Positions 25,602-33,998 of a DNA stretch of 33,998 bases are shown piece after piece. The DNA is from Nanobdellota archaeon (lineage in GTDB: Archaea > Nanobdellota > Nanobdellia > Pacearchaeales > GW2011-AR1). Numbering within the stretch: position 1 is the stretch's first letter; every line of letters begins with the position of its first letter. Made by a program: the position numbers and the translations under genes. The stretch covers positions 1 through 33,998 of the forward strand of contig JBBSYD010000032.1 in assembly GCA_038045425.1 (NCBI GenBank). Direction: 5' to 3'. The notes beneath the pieces are model-generated. The model was given only the letters and a program-made list of their open reading frames with translations. It made no database searches and was not told the origin of the DNA.

Positions 25602-26633
25602 GATTATCTCTGACAACCTTCTTTCTCTTAAATTACCTCTTGCTCGATTAGGATAATCTTTAAAGAACATGTCATGACAACTGCTAACAAATCCATCATG
25701 ACTTATTCTAATGTCTCTGATGAGAGTTCTAGGAACTGGGATATAATTGATGAATACCCTTCCGAATTGATTAAAGATAGTTGCATAATCATCAGTCAAT
25801 AGTTTGTTTAATTCTATTATCCTTCTTTCTGCGAGCAAATTCATTAGAGGTTTTTGAGTATCATAATCTACTTTTAGTAACAATTGATCTTCAGATTTAA
25901 GCCAAGAATTTGCTTTTGCTTTTAGGACAGCATAAGTATCTGCAATCTGCTCTTTAGTTATCCCAATATCTTCTCCACTTTGATTTATACTTGGAGCATA
26001 AGGAGAAATCATGAATTTCTTTACTCCTTTGTTTTGAAGCTCTTTAATCATTTCTTCAATTAAAGAGTGACGATTGTTTCTTCCCATTAAGGTAAAGCTT
26101 ATGAACAATTTATCAGAAAACTCTGGGGCTTGTCTAATTATATTTTCAATTGCAGATACAGATTTATGATAATTTCCATAACCTCTAATTGAATCATGAA
26201 CTTTTTCTGTTCCGTCAATACTGATATCTAAATAAGTAGGATGGGCTTCAATTAGTTGAGATATTTTTTCAGGAGTTAATAAAGTCGCATTCGTAACAAG
26301 CCCGTATCTTATTTTTGGATTTTCTTGTCTTTTTTGCTTTAAAAAATTTAAAAGCTGAATTGATTTATTCCATGAAAGAAGAGGTTCTTTTCCAACATTA
26401 CCGAAAGTTAAAGCTCCTAAACTTAAAGCATCACAGAATACATTTTGCCATTCTTCAACAGAAAGAGCATTTTTTGATTCTTCGTAGCCAACATAACAAT
26501 GCCCACAGGTGAGATTGCACGTGTTATTTACAAAATAAGATATCTCTAATGGTTTGCTTGCGAAATCTTGCTCAATAGATGAACTTGATTTTGGGTTTAT
26601 TCCTCCATTGCTTCCTGAAAAACCTAATGCCAT
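25593..26633 (-). CDS. radical SAM protein
   Basis: CNLTCGHC (CxxxCxxC), GKEPLL, VTNATL, ISIDG..HDSIRG, C-terminal DG.VSSC. Confidence 0.9.
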   Translation of the reverse strand: MALGFSGSNGGINPKSSSSIEQDFASKPLEISYFVNNTCNLTCGHCYVGYEESKNALSVEEWQNVFCDALSLGALTFGNVGKEPLLSWNKSIQLLNFLKQKRQENPKIRYGLVTNATLLTPEKISQLIEAHPTYLDISIDGTEKVHDSIRGYGNYHKSVSAIENIIRQAPEFSDKLFISFTLMGRNNRHSLIEEMIKELQNKGVKKFMISPYAPSINQSGEDIGITKEQIADTYAVLKAKANSWLKSEDQLLLKVDYDTQKPLMNLLAERRIIELNKLLTDDYATIFNQFGRVFINYIPVPRTLIRDIRISHDGFVSSCHDMFFKDYPNRARGNLRERRLSEIISS

Positions 26634-26756
26634 AAGTTTTACATGAATTACTCGGATATTAATATGCTTAGTTATATTTACTAATATTATAAAATATATT
26701 GGAGTATATTTTATTTAAATAGTAATATTTATAAAATACTCCCTAATAAGAATAAT

Positions 26757-27704
26757 ATGAAATTAGACGTAATAGACAGAAAGCTTTTGACTTACTTGTA
26801 TCACAACTATCGTTCACCTTTAACTAAAGTTGGAAAGGCGTGTAGAATCTCAAGAGACCAAGTAGAGTACAGATTAGAAAAATTTGAGAAGTCAGGATTA
26901 ATAAAAAAATATTTGACTATATTTAATTATTCTTTATTGGGCTTTAATGATTTGTTTATAGTTTATATCAAAACTAAGAATAAGAATAAAATAAAATCTG
27001 ATTTACAAGATATAAAAAACACTATTTCCTTAGGAGACGTTGTTTCTACCTTTGATGTTTTTGTTAATTTTATTTGTAAAGATAAAAATGAATTTGATGA
27101 AATGTTTAGTTCATTCTTGGGAGAACATAAAGATGAAATTCAAGATTATGAGATATTTAATACGAGTTATGCTGAATTATTTCCTCTTAAAGCATTTGGA
27201 AATCAAAAAGAAGAAGTCTCTTATAGGGCTTTAGAGTCTGGGGAAAAAATAAGTTTAGATAAAAATGAGATAGAAATTCTTAAAATCCTTGAGAAAAATG
27301 GAAGAATTAAAATTATTGATATTGCTTCAAAAATAGGAATTTCTGGAGAATTAGCATTGTATAAATTAAAACAATTAAAAAAGAAGGGTATAATTTTAGG
27401 AAATAGAATACAATTTGATATGAAAAAACTGGATTTTAATTTCGCAGTATTAAGATTAAGAGTAAATAATTTGGATAATATTCTGAAAGAAAAGATAAGA
27501 ATCTTTTGTAAACATAGTCCTTATGTCAATGTGTTGGCGTTTGGAATTTCTGAATATAATGTTTTAATTCAATTAATGAATAAGGATGAAAATGAATTGA
27601 GAAAAGCAATAAGTGAAATTCGGGAAAAATTGAGAAATGAAATAAGTCAAGATTCTTTAATATTGATTGAAAATGAAAGCGAAGCTAAAACTTTAGCTAT
27701 TTAG
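26757..27704 (+). CDS. tandem (double) Lrp/AsnC family regulator
   Basis: Two HTH + RAM repeats: LDVIDRKLL...VEYRL and LDKNEIEILKILEKNGR. Confidence 0.88.
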   Translation: MKLDVIDRKLLTYLYHNYRSPLTKVGKACRISRDQVEYRLEKFEKSGLIKKYLTIFNYSLLGFNDLFIVYIKTKNKNKIKSDLQDIKNTISLGDVVSTFDVFVNFICKDKNEFDEMFSSFLGEHKDEIQDYEIFNTSYAELFPLKAFGNQKEEVSYRALESGEKISLDKNEIEILKILEKNGRIKIIDIASKIGISGELALYKLKQLKKKGIILGNRIQFDMKKLDFNFAVLRLRVNNLDNILKEKIRIFCKHSPYVNVLAFGISEYNVLIQLMNKDENELRKAISEIREKLRNEISQDSLILIENESEAKTLAI

Positions 27705-27746
27705 ACTTATATTTGATTTGAAGAAGTTGTGGCTCTGAATAGGTAA

Positions 27747-29174
27747 TTATCCTTTTACAACTGCGAGAGGTTTGAGTCGGGCGACTAATTGGCCGATTCC
27801 TAATTCGTCCGAGACACGGACAACTTCGTCAATATCTTTGTAGACTTCTGGGGCTTCTTCTAATGCTCCCCTCATGGAGCCTACTCTCATTAGAACATCT
27901 TTGTCAGACATTTCTTTTTCTAGTTTCTTTTCAGAGAGATTATTTATTGCATAACTTCTGGACATGACTCTGCCTGCTCCGTGGGCTGTTGAGCCAAATG
28001 AAAGTTCCTCTGCTTTTTTTGTTCCTATGAGGACATAGGAAAATGTTCCCATGCTTCCTGGAATAAAAATTGGGCAACCTATTTTTCTATAAATTGCGGG
28101 AATTTCTTTTCTGCCTGGACCGAATGAACGAGTTGCTCCTTTTCTGTGGACGCAGAGAGTGCAGGATTTTCCTTTGACTTTGTGTTCTTCAAATTTTACA
28201 ATGTTATGAGTAATATCATAAACTAAATCAAGTTTACTTTTAGGAAAGAATTTAGAAAATGCTTTTCTTATTTGATGAGTTATTAATTGTCGGTTTACGA
28301 ATGCAAAGTTTGCTGCTGCGTTCATTGCCGAACGATATTCTTGTCCTAATTTGGAATTTATTGGTGCACATGCAAGTTCTCTGTCTGGGAGATGTTCAAA
28401 TCCATATTCTTTTTCCATCTTTTGAACGTAATCTGAACAGGTTTGATGACCTAAACCACGAGAGCCAGAGTGAACCATAATAACTATTTGCTGTTTATCT
28501 TTTATTCCTAAAATTTTGGCAGTTTTTTCATTAAATATAGATTCTACTTCCTGCAACTCGATGAAATGATTTCCCGAACCTAGAGAACCGAGTTGATTTT
28601 TACCTCTGGCTTTTGCTCTCTGACTTACTTTTGATGCGTCTGCTCCTTGAAGGCAACCATTATCTTCTATTCTTTCTATGTCTTCTTTTGATGCATATCC
28701 ATTTTTTAATGCCCAGTTAATTCCTGTGTTAAGAACGTCATCAAGTTCATTAATTGTTAATTTGAAATCTGACTCTTTTCCTACTCCTGATGGAACGTTT
28801 TTGTAAATTTCATTTAGAACTTCAGTTCTTTTTTTAAGGAAATCAGATTTTGTTAAGTTAGTTACTAGAAGTCGAACGCCACAATTTATATCATACCCGC
28901 ATTGCCCTGGGGAGATTACGCCTTTTTCTAAATCATATGCTGAAACTCCACCTATGCATGCCCCGTAGCCTTGATGAGCATCTGGAAGAACAACCACTTT
29001 TTCTACAACGCCTTGCATCATCGCCATGTTTTTTGCTTGCTCAAGAGTTTTGTCTTCTTTGATCTTTGAGAATAATATTTCTGATGCAAATATTTCTACG
29101 GGAACATTCATTTTCCCCGATTTAGGTAATTCATAGATATTTTCAGTTATCTTATTTGTTTTATTTTTTAACAT
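27747..29174 (-). CDS. rtcB: RtcB RNA ligase
   Basis: PDAHQGYG, GYDINCGVR, LGSGNHF, HSGSRGLGH, HN, HRKGATR, PGSMG, HGAGR, EEAPEVYKD. Confidence 0.97.
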   Translation of the reverse strand: MLKNKTNKITENIYELPKSGKMNVPVEIFASEILFSKIKEDKTLEQAKNMAMMQGVVEKVVVLPDAHQGYGACIGGVSAYDLEKGVISPGQCGYDINCGVRLLVTNLTKSDFLKKRTEVLNEIYKNVPSGVGKESDFKLTINELDDVLNTGINWALKNGYASKEDIERIEDNGCLQGADASKVSQRAKARGKNQLGSLGSGNHFIELQEVESIFNEKTAKILGIKDKQQIVIMVHSGSRGLGHQTCSDYVQKMEKEYGFEHLPDRELACAPINSKLGQEYRSAMNAAANFAFVNRQLITHQIRKAFSKFFPKSKLDLVYDITHNIVKFEEHKVKGKSCTLCVHRKGATRSFGPGRKEIPAIYRKIGCPIFIPGSMGTFSYVLIGTKKAEELSFGSTAHGAGRVMSRSYAINNLSEKKLEKEMSDKDVLMRVGSMRGALEEAPEVYKDIDEVVRVSDELGIGQLVARLKPLAVVKG

Positions 29175-29204
29175 TGATAGAAATGGTTGGAAGATATTAT
29201 AAAC

Positions 29205-29861
29205 TTAAGGGTTTAACTTTTCCCAATCAGCCAATGTTTCAAGTCCTTGCTTTCTTGAAGTAATTCCTTCTTGACTTTCTTGAATATATGGTGGTTTTAA
29301 TAAAAATAATCTCTTATTTGGATAATATCCAAACTTAATTAAAGAACTCGCTAAAAAGGTTATGTCTTTTTTACTTGTTGCAACTCCTGCAGTTTGTGGA
29401 GCAGAGGGATTATAATCTAAACCTATAAATCCTGAGTTTATATCTCCTACATTTATCCAACGAATTGTATCTCCAAATTCTTTGACTGGTCTTTCTTCAT
29501 CTTTTGTCCAGAGAACACCATTAAATTGATAAGACATGGCTTCAATATGATGCAGTCTACTTCCAATTATAAGCATGGTCCTTCCAGTTTCTCTTTCTGT
29601 TACTCCTTTTGTGAATGGTAAACCAATATATTGATCATATTTAGTGTCATTTTGTTTCATTTTAATTAATACCATTTGCCCGTTTAGATTAAATCCTAGT
29701 AATTCATCATTAATTTGAGGGATTCTTTCTACAGATACTTCTTTTTTTGATCTACTTCCCACTGAAGCAACTAGTTGTCCTTCACATCTAGTTCTTAGAG
29801 TTGAAGATGCTGAACTACCTGAATAATCCCCGTATCCTGTTCTTGAACCTGTTTTATACAT
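29205..29861 (-). CDS. hypothetical protein
   Basis: 218-aa ORF with GGAG RBS; no motif recognised. Confidence 0.65.
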   Translation of the reverse strand: MYKTGSRTGYGDYSGSSASSTLRTRCEGQLVASVGSRSKKEVSVERIPQINDELLGFNLNGQMVLIKMKQNDTKYDQYIGLPFTKGVTERETGRTMLIIGSRLHHIEAMSYQFNGVLWTKDEERPVKEFGDTIRWINVGDINSGFIGLDYNPSAPQTAGVATSKKDITFLASSLIKFGYYPNKRLFLLKPPYIQESQEGITSRKQGLETLADWEKLNP

Positions 29862-29973
29862 GTTCTTTCTCCGTAGATTTTTCTAAATGGTCTTTATTTC
29901 TTTCTTTGTTCTCTTTTTGAGATTCTTCTTTATCTAAATCTGGAAAACCGTGTCTTGGACATCGAATGACCAT
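29854..29973 (-). CDS. small 39-aa charged ORF absent from the ORF track
   Basis: MVIRCPRHGFPDLDKEESQKENKERNKDHLEKSTEKEHV; TAATG overlap with the MBL stop and 8-nt overlap with the next start. Confidence 0.5.
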   Translation of the reverse strand: MVIRCPRHGFPDLDKEESQKENKERNKDHLEKSTEKEHV

Positions 29974-30926
29974 TATACTTCTACCTCCATGCCTTCTTTA
30001 GCAAAAAATACTTGAATGTCTTTTTTGAGAACTTCTTGCATGTATTTTTGTGCTTTTGATTCCATGGCTCTTAGAGAATCGTCAGAACTATTAGGATCGT
30101 GATGAGTTATGTAAACTCTTTTTACATTTGCTTCAGCAGCAATTCTACAGGCACCTTCATAATGAGAATGTCCCCATCCCTTTGTCTTGGTAATATAAAA
30201 TTCAGGAGTATATTGCGCATCAATTATTAGGGCGTCTGCATTTCTTGCCCAATCAATCATTTTTCTGTCGGTTTCTCCTCCGTCCTGTTCATAGTCTCCA
30301 GTATTGACTAAAGTTCTTCCATTTTCTTGAACTTTGTATGAGAACATTCCTCCGGGATGAGCATTGTGAAACATGTAACTGAAGTTTAATCCGTTTTCTA
30401 CTAAGTCGTATTCTTTTAGATCGTGGAATTTTATGTTTGCGCCCATAACTGAAACTGGTACTGGAAAGTATCCTGCTTTAACATTTTGTTGACCTTCGAA
30501 AACTTCTTTAGTGTGATTAGTTTCTGACGATTTATGCATTACTACAGTATTTCCCATTCTACCTTCTAAATCAGAGCGTCTTAGGAAAGCAGTTTCTGAA
30601 CGTGCATTTTGATCAACTAATTTTGCTCCTAATTGTTTGTCTCCGCTGTATACGTCTACTTCATTTCCTGGAACATAGGCTGGGACAAAAAATGGAAATC
30701 CTTGAATGTGATCCCAATGATCATGGGAGATTAGTATTTTAATTTTTTTTACTCCTCTTTTCATTAAATCATTTCCAAGTTCTACTATGCCATTTCCGGC
30801 ATCTTCTATGTAAACATCTCCCTCTTTTGAGAGAACTTCTAGACAGGTAGTATTTCCTCCGTATTCAATTACATTTCTTCTCGAAACTGAACGAGAACCT
30901 CTTACTCCCCAGAACTTTGCTTTCAT
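29973..30926 (-). CDS. MBL-fold metallo-hydrolase (RNase Z/PhnP-like)
   Basis: FWGVRGS, YGGNTTC, DAGNG, SHDHWDHIQG, HPGG, GWGHS, THHDP. Confidence 0.92.
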   Translation of the reverse strand: MKAKFWGVRGSRSVSRRNVIEYGGNTTCLEVLSKEGDVYIEDAGNGIVELGNDLMKRGVKKIKILISHDHWDHIQGFPFFVPAYVPGNEVDVYSGDKQLGAKLVDQNARSETAFLRRSDLEGRMGNTVVMHKSSETNHTKEVFEGQQNVKAGYFPVPVSVMGANIKFHDLKEYDLVENGLNFSYMFHNAHPGGMFSYKVQENGRTLVNTGDYEQDGGETDRKMIDWARNADALIIDAQYTPEFYITKTKGWGHSHYEGACRIAAEANVKRVYITHHDPNSSDDSLRAMESKAQKYMQEVLKKDIQVFFAKEGMEVEV

Positions 30927-31273
30927 GCTAATGCCTCCTGGACTGCAATCATTCTTTCTGCATCTTCTCTTACTGAAGTGTATACTTCATAGCTTAATTC
31001 TCCATGATTTGCAAAATGTCTAACTGGCTCGCAAATCATTGTTCTAAAAGAATGCTTTCCAGTTCGGGATAATAGAATTGGAACATTTGATTCTAGTATT
31101 AGAGTTATATCTTTAGACAGACTTGAACCTAAAATTCTTGTTACGGGATTTGCTCTTGGAGGGACATATCCTTGGTTTCTTATTTCATCTAGTGCTTCCT
31201 GAGCAATTCCAGGGCATAGAAATTCAATTACTCCTAGCAATTGGAGTTTGGTCATTGTTGTTTTGTAATCCAT
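30923..31273 (-). CDS. hypothetical protein
   Basis: 116-aa ORF, GGAG RBS, ATGA-coupled to the MBL gene. Confidence 0.6.
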   Translation of the reverse strand: MDYKTTMTKLQLLGVIEFLCPGIAQEALDEIRNQGYVPPRANPVTRILGSSLSKDITLILESNVPILLSRTGKHSFRTMICEPVRHFANHGELSYEVYTSVREDAERMIAVQEALA

Positions 31274-31382
31274 TTTTTTCTCCGATTATACTAGTATTAG
31301 ATTAGTAAGATATATAAAAGAACGGAGTTGAATTATAGTAGAAAAGAGTAAAATATATAAACTAATTACTTATTATTATTAC

Positions 31383-32414
31383 ATGAGAGTACTTCCTATA
31401 GATGAAATTGGTATAAATAAGGTTATTTTTCATAAATACGATGAGAAGATACTTTCTTTGTTATGTAAAAACGCAAGAATTCCATTATCTAAGATTGCCA
31501 AGATGGTTAGATTGTCTAGGCAATCCGTTGAATATAGAATTAGGGTTATGGAAAAAGAACATTTACTTGCAGGATCTAGAGCAGTCATTAATATAAGAAA
31601 ACTGGGATATCAGTCCTATCACTATTTTCTAACTTTAAATGAGGAAAAGAGCGAAAAGGAGTTTATCTCTCGTGCTATTGAGAGTAATAATGCAAACGTT
31701 CTTATTAGCTATAGTGGTAAATGGAATTATGAATTGAGTATAATGGCTAAAAATCCTACTGATGCTCAAAGAGTATTTTTAGAATTGATAAAGGAGATTA
31801 TAGTTGTAGATTATGTTCCTTTGATTTTACTAGATAATATAAAAGCAGAAGTATTACCTGAAATAAATTCTGGTAAGAATATTTCTCTTAAGAATATAAG
31901 AAATGACCCTTCTTTTTCTAAACAGTTTATTACTAATGAGATAAAATATCTCCCAGATGAAAACGATTTGAATATTCTTTTTAGACTTTCACAAAATTCT
32001 CAAATTACTTTGGCAGAATTAGGAAAAAAGACTAAAATGGGAAGAGATTCTATATCCTATAGAATAAAAAAACTAATTAGAAGTAAGTATATCTTGGAAT
32101 TTAGACCAGTAGTTGATTATTCTGTTTTGAATCTTTCAGTTCAAACGGTTTTACTTAAAGTAAATAGGGGAATTAAACAGGACGATAGATTCAAAGAATA
32201 CTTGAAAAGAAATAAAAAGATTATTTGGGCAACGGAAGTATTTGGTTCATGGGATTATCTTATTTATGCTCTAACCGAATCACAGGATGAAATTAATAAT
32301 TTTATAAATGAGTTGAGGAAAGAGTTTTCTTCCTATTTGTTTTCCTATGAAATGTTATTTGCATATAAAGAACATAAGTATTCTTTTATGACGGAAGCGA
32401 TGAAAGAAATGTAG
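31383..32414 (+). CDS. tandem (double) Lrp/AsnC family regulator
   Basis: DEKILSLLCKNARIPLSKIAK..VEYRI and DENDLNILFRLSQNSQ..ISYRIKKL; GKWNY/GSWDY RAM motifs. Confidence 0.9.
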   Translation: MRVLPIDEIGINKVIFHKYDEKILSLLCKNARIPLSKIAKMVRLSRQSVEYRIRVMEKEHLLAGSRAVINIRKLGYQSYHYFLTLNEEKSEKEFISRAIESNNANVLISYSGKWNYELSIMAKNPTDAQRVFLELIKEIIVVDYVPLILLDNIKAEVLPEINSGKNISLKNIRNDPSFSKQFITNEIKYLPDENDLNILFRLSQNSQITLAELGKKTKMGRDSISYRIKKLIRSKYILEFRPVVDYSVLNLSVQTVLLKVNRGIKQDDRFKEYLKRNKKIIWATEVFGSWDYLIYALTESQDEINNFINELRKEFSSYLFSYEMLFAYKEHKYSFMTEAMKEM

Positions 32415-32475
32415 TTTTACTATTGAAAATCAGTGAAGATAAGGTTTAAATAGCTTCTTTATGGAGCATAAATTC

Positions 32476-32703
32476 ATGAACCTAGATTATCTAGAATTAC
32501 AAAAACGATTGGAAAGAGCAAGGGAGCTCGGAACAAAGAGAGCAGAAATTCCTGTAGATTTAGCTGGAGAAGAGAGAGCAGGAACACCTGTAAATTTAAC
32601 TGGAAATGATGGGAGAGGATATGCATCTAGAACTGCTCCATATTCTTGGGACTTGCAGGTAAAACCTGTAGATAGAGATAGAACTCACCCCCATAATGAG
32701 TAA
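32476..32703 (+). CDS. small hypothetical protein (start 32476 or 32461)
   Basis: TTTAAATA at 32445-32452 favours a leaderless start at ATG 32476. Confidence 0.5.
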   Translation: MNLDYLELQKRLERARELGTKRAEIPVDLAGEERAGTPVNLTGNDGRGYASRTAPYSWDLQVKPVDRDRTHPHNE

Positions 32704-33020
32704 TTTCTTTTTAGCGGATTAAAACTTAAAGTTTTGGAAGTTTCAATTAATTTATTGTAAACTAGTTGATTACAACTTGGGAAAAATGCTTATTAAGATT
32801 ATCACTATCTTTTTGAATTATAAAGAACTTTGTAAAATTACTAAAGATTCTCTAAAACCTTTAACTAAATCAATGAGGAGGGTTATAATAAAATATCCTT
32901 ACATTGAAAGGCAGATAATAACTTCCAAATAAGATTTAGCAAGATATACTTTATACCTTAATATTTATCTCTCGTATATAAAATTTAGGGTATAATTAAT
33001 TTTAAATACTCACTCTAATT

Positions 33021-33632
33021 GTGTTTTTTATGTCAGAGGGATTATTTTCAAAGATTAGAGGAATGTTTAGTTCTAAGAAAGAGGAACCTGTTGAAGTTCC
33101 TGAAAATGAATTGGAGAAGCAAGTAAAATTGTATGGGTTGAAAGATATTCCTTCTGTAACTCCTGAGCATTTGTATGTTCCTACTCTTAGTTCAAGAAAT
33201 AATATTATTGAAAAAGTAGCAGAATACTGGAATTCTGCTAGACCTAAATCTGCTTTTGATTATGTTGTTGCTGCAACTTCAACTGTGCCTGGATTGAGCG
33301 GGGCGAGTTCATTGGTGAGAATGTGGAAGATGCCAGAAAACGAGCATGCTAAATTGAATAATTTGTTGGCTTCTGCATATGCTTTGTCTAAAGTTCATCC
33401 TGTGGCACAAACAGTTACTGGTTTAACGTATGCGGTTTCACAGGCAATATATGGATTAAAAACAGGACAAGGAGCACATATTCTTTCTGGACTTAAGGGA
33501 ATATTAACTCATACTGATAAGATGGCTGTTGGAGGATTGCAATTGAAAGATAGAGCGGGAGCAAGAAGAATTTCAAATGGGGCACAGTCTTTATTGGAAA
33601 CTATGGTTCAGGCACAGGTAGAGAAGAATTAG
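33021..33632 (+). CDS. hypothetical protein (likely start ATG 33030)
   Basis: About 200-aa ORF with weakly hydrophobic helices; no motif recognised. Confidence 0.6.
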   Translation: MFFMSEGLFSKIRGMFSSKKEEPVEVPENELEKQVKLYGLKDIPSVTPEHLYVPTLSSRNNIIEKVAEYWNSARPKSAFDYVVAATSTVPGLSGASSLVRMWKMPENEHAKLNNLLASAYALSKVHPVAQTVTGLTYAVSQAIYGLKTGQGAHILSGLKGILTHTDKMAVGGLQLKDRAGARRISNGAQSLLETMVQAQVEKN

Positions 33633-33768
33633 GAAGTTAATGTTCTTTAGAAATATGAAATTATGAAAATTAGATAATTGTGATTTAGAAGCGATTTTAT
33701 TATTTTGGTGTAACTTTAAAGAGATAACAAATAGAAAGATTTAAATATGAGATATTTTAGGATAAAAT

Positions 33769-33998
33769 ATGGTAAAATTGCTTGAAACTATATGTAATAA
33801 TAAGTGGAAATCTTTATTAGGAGTTGGACTTTTGACTTTAGCAGGGCTTTCAACACAAGAAAATGTCCATTTTGGCTCAACTACATTTAATAAAGACCCT
33901 CAAAAAACAACTTATGTTTTAGGCATAGCACCAATAACAACTATCTCTTCTGGAATAAAATCAACAAACGATTTTATAATTTATGGATTACTTGTAGG
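33769..33998 (+). CDS. partial ORF running off the window end; membrane-anchored or secreted hypothetical protein
   Basis: MVKLLETICNNKWKSLLGVGLLTLAGLSTQENVHFG..., open to the end of the window. Confidence 0.55.
   Translation, partial: MVKLLETICNNKWKSLLGVGLLTLAGLSTQENVHFGSTTFNKDPQKTTYVLGIAPITTISSGIKSTNDFIIYGLLV

Noticed and set aside
26689-26742. Inverted repeats between the radical SAM and Lrp genes (ATAAAATATA-N6-TATATTTTAT)
   Set aside because: Almost entirely A/T in a very AT-rich spacer; could be an Lrp site but is not distinguishable from chance.
153-31305. Short antisense or alternate-frame ORFs in the track (e.g. 153-383, 532-756, 832-1128, 3303-3581, 7130-7788, 9171-9470, 13934-14317, 17491-18342, 24689-24988, 28259-28480, 31123-31305)
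   Set aside because: Nested in or opposite better-supported genes, with no motifs; treated as shadow ORFs.
32704-33020. ncRNA or tRNA in the longer intergenic gaps (also 23460-23754 and 24220-24435)
   Set aside because: AT-rich with no cloverleaf, T-loop motif or GC-rich stems visible.

Overview
AT-rich, gene-dense window that looks archaeal, most plausibly a DPANN lineage such as Pacearchaeota/Woesearchaeota (inferred from a TFS-like Zn ribbon, AbrB-PhoU regulators, tandem Lrp/AsnC proteins, an Sfm1-like SPOUT methyltransferase, RtcB and TATA-like promoters). I saw no rRNA, tRNA, CRISPR array, integrase or transposase. About 2.5-18.7 kb is an accessory region made of two diverged, mirror-image copies of one module: small AbrB/DUF2080 protein, membrane-anchored Ser/Thr kinase, convergent AbrB-PhoU regulator, divergent signal-peptide protein with a beta-barrel-like sequence and C-terminal Phe, then a variable cargo operon. 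The left cargo operon (8.0-12.0 kb) is the most striking signal. Five gene junctions, two of them ending non-homologous genes, carry the identical 15-mer GAGGGAAGACAATGA (Shine-Dalgarno plus overlapping stop/start, giving a C-terminal EGRQ), and four paralogous small membrane proteins are interspersed with unrelated cargo, like a cassette array. The right part holds a cytochrome b5/ApbE/ferric reductase cluster, PAP2, a saccharopine dehydrogenase-like enzyme, twin degenerate Nudix genes, a TFS-like protein, ASCH/DUF3850, a radical SAM enzyme, two Lrp regulators, RtcB and an MBL-fold operon. Family calls are from motif recognition by eye; no searches were run.
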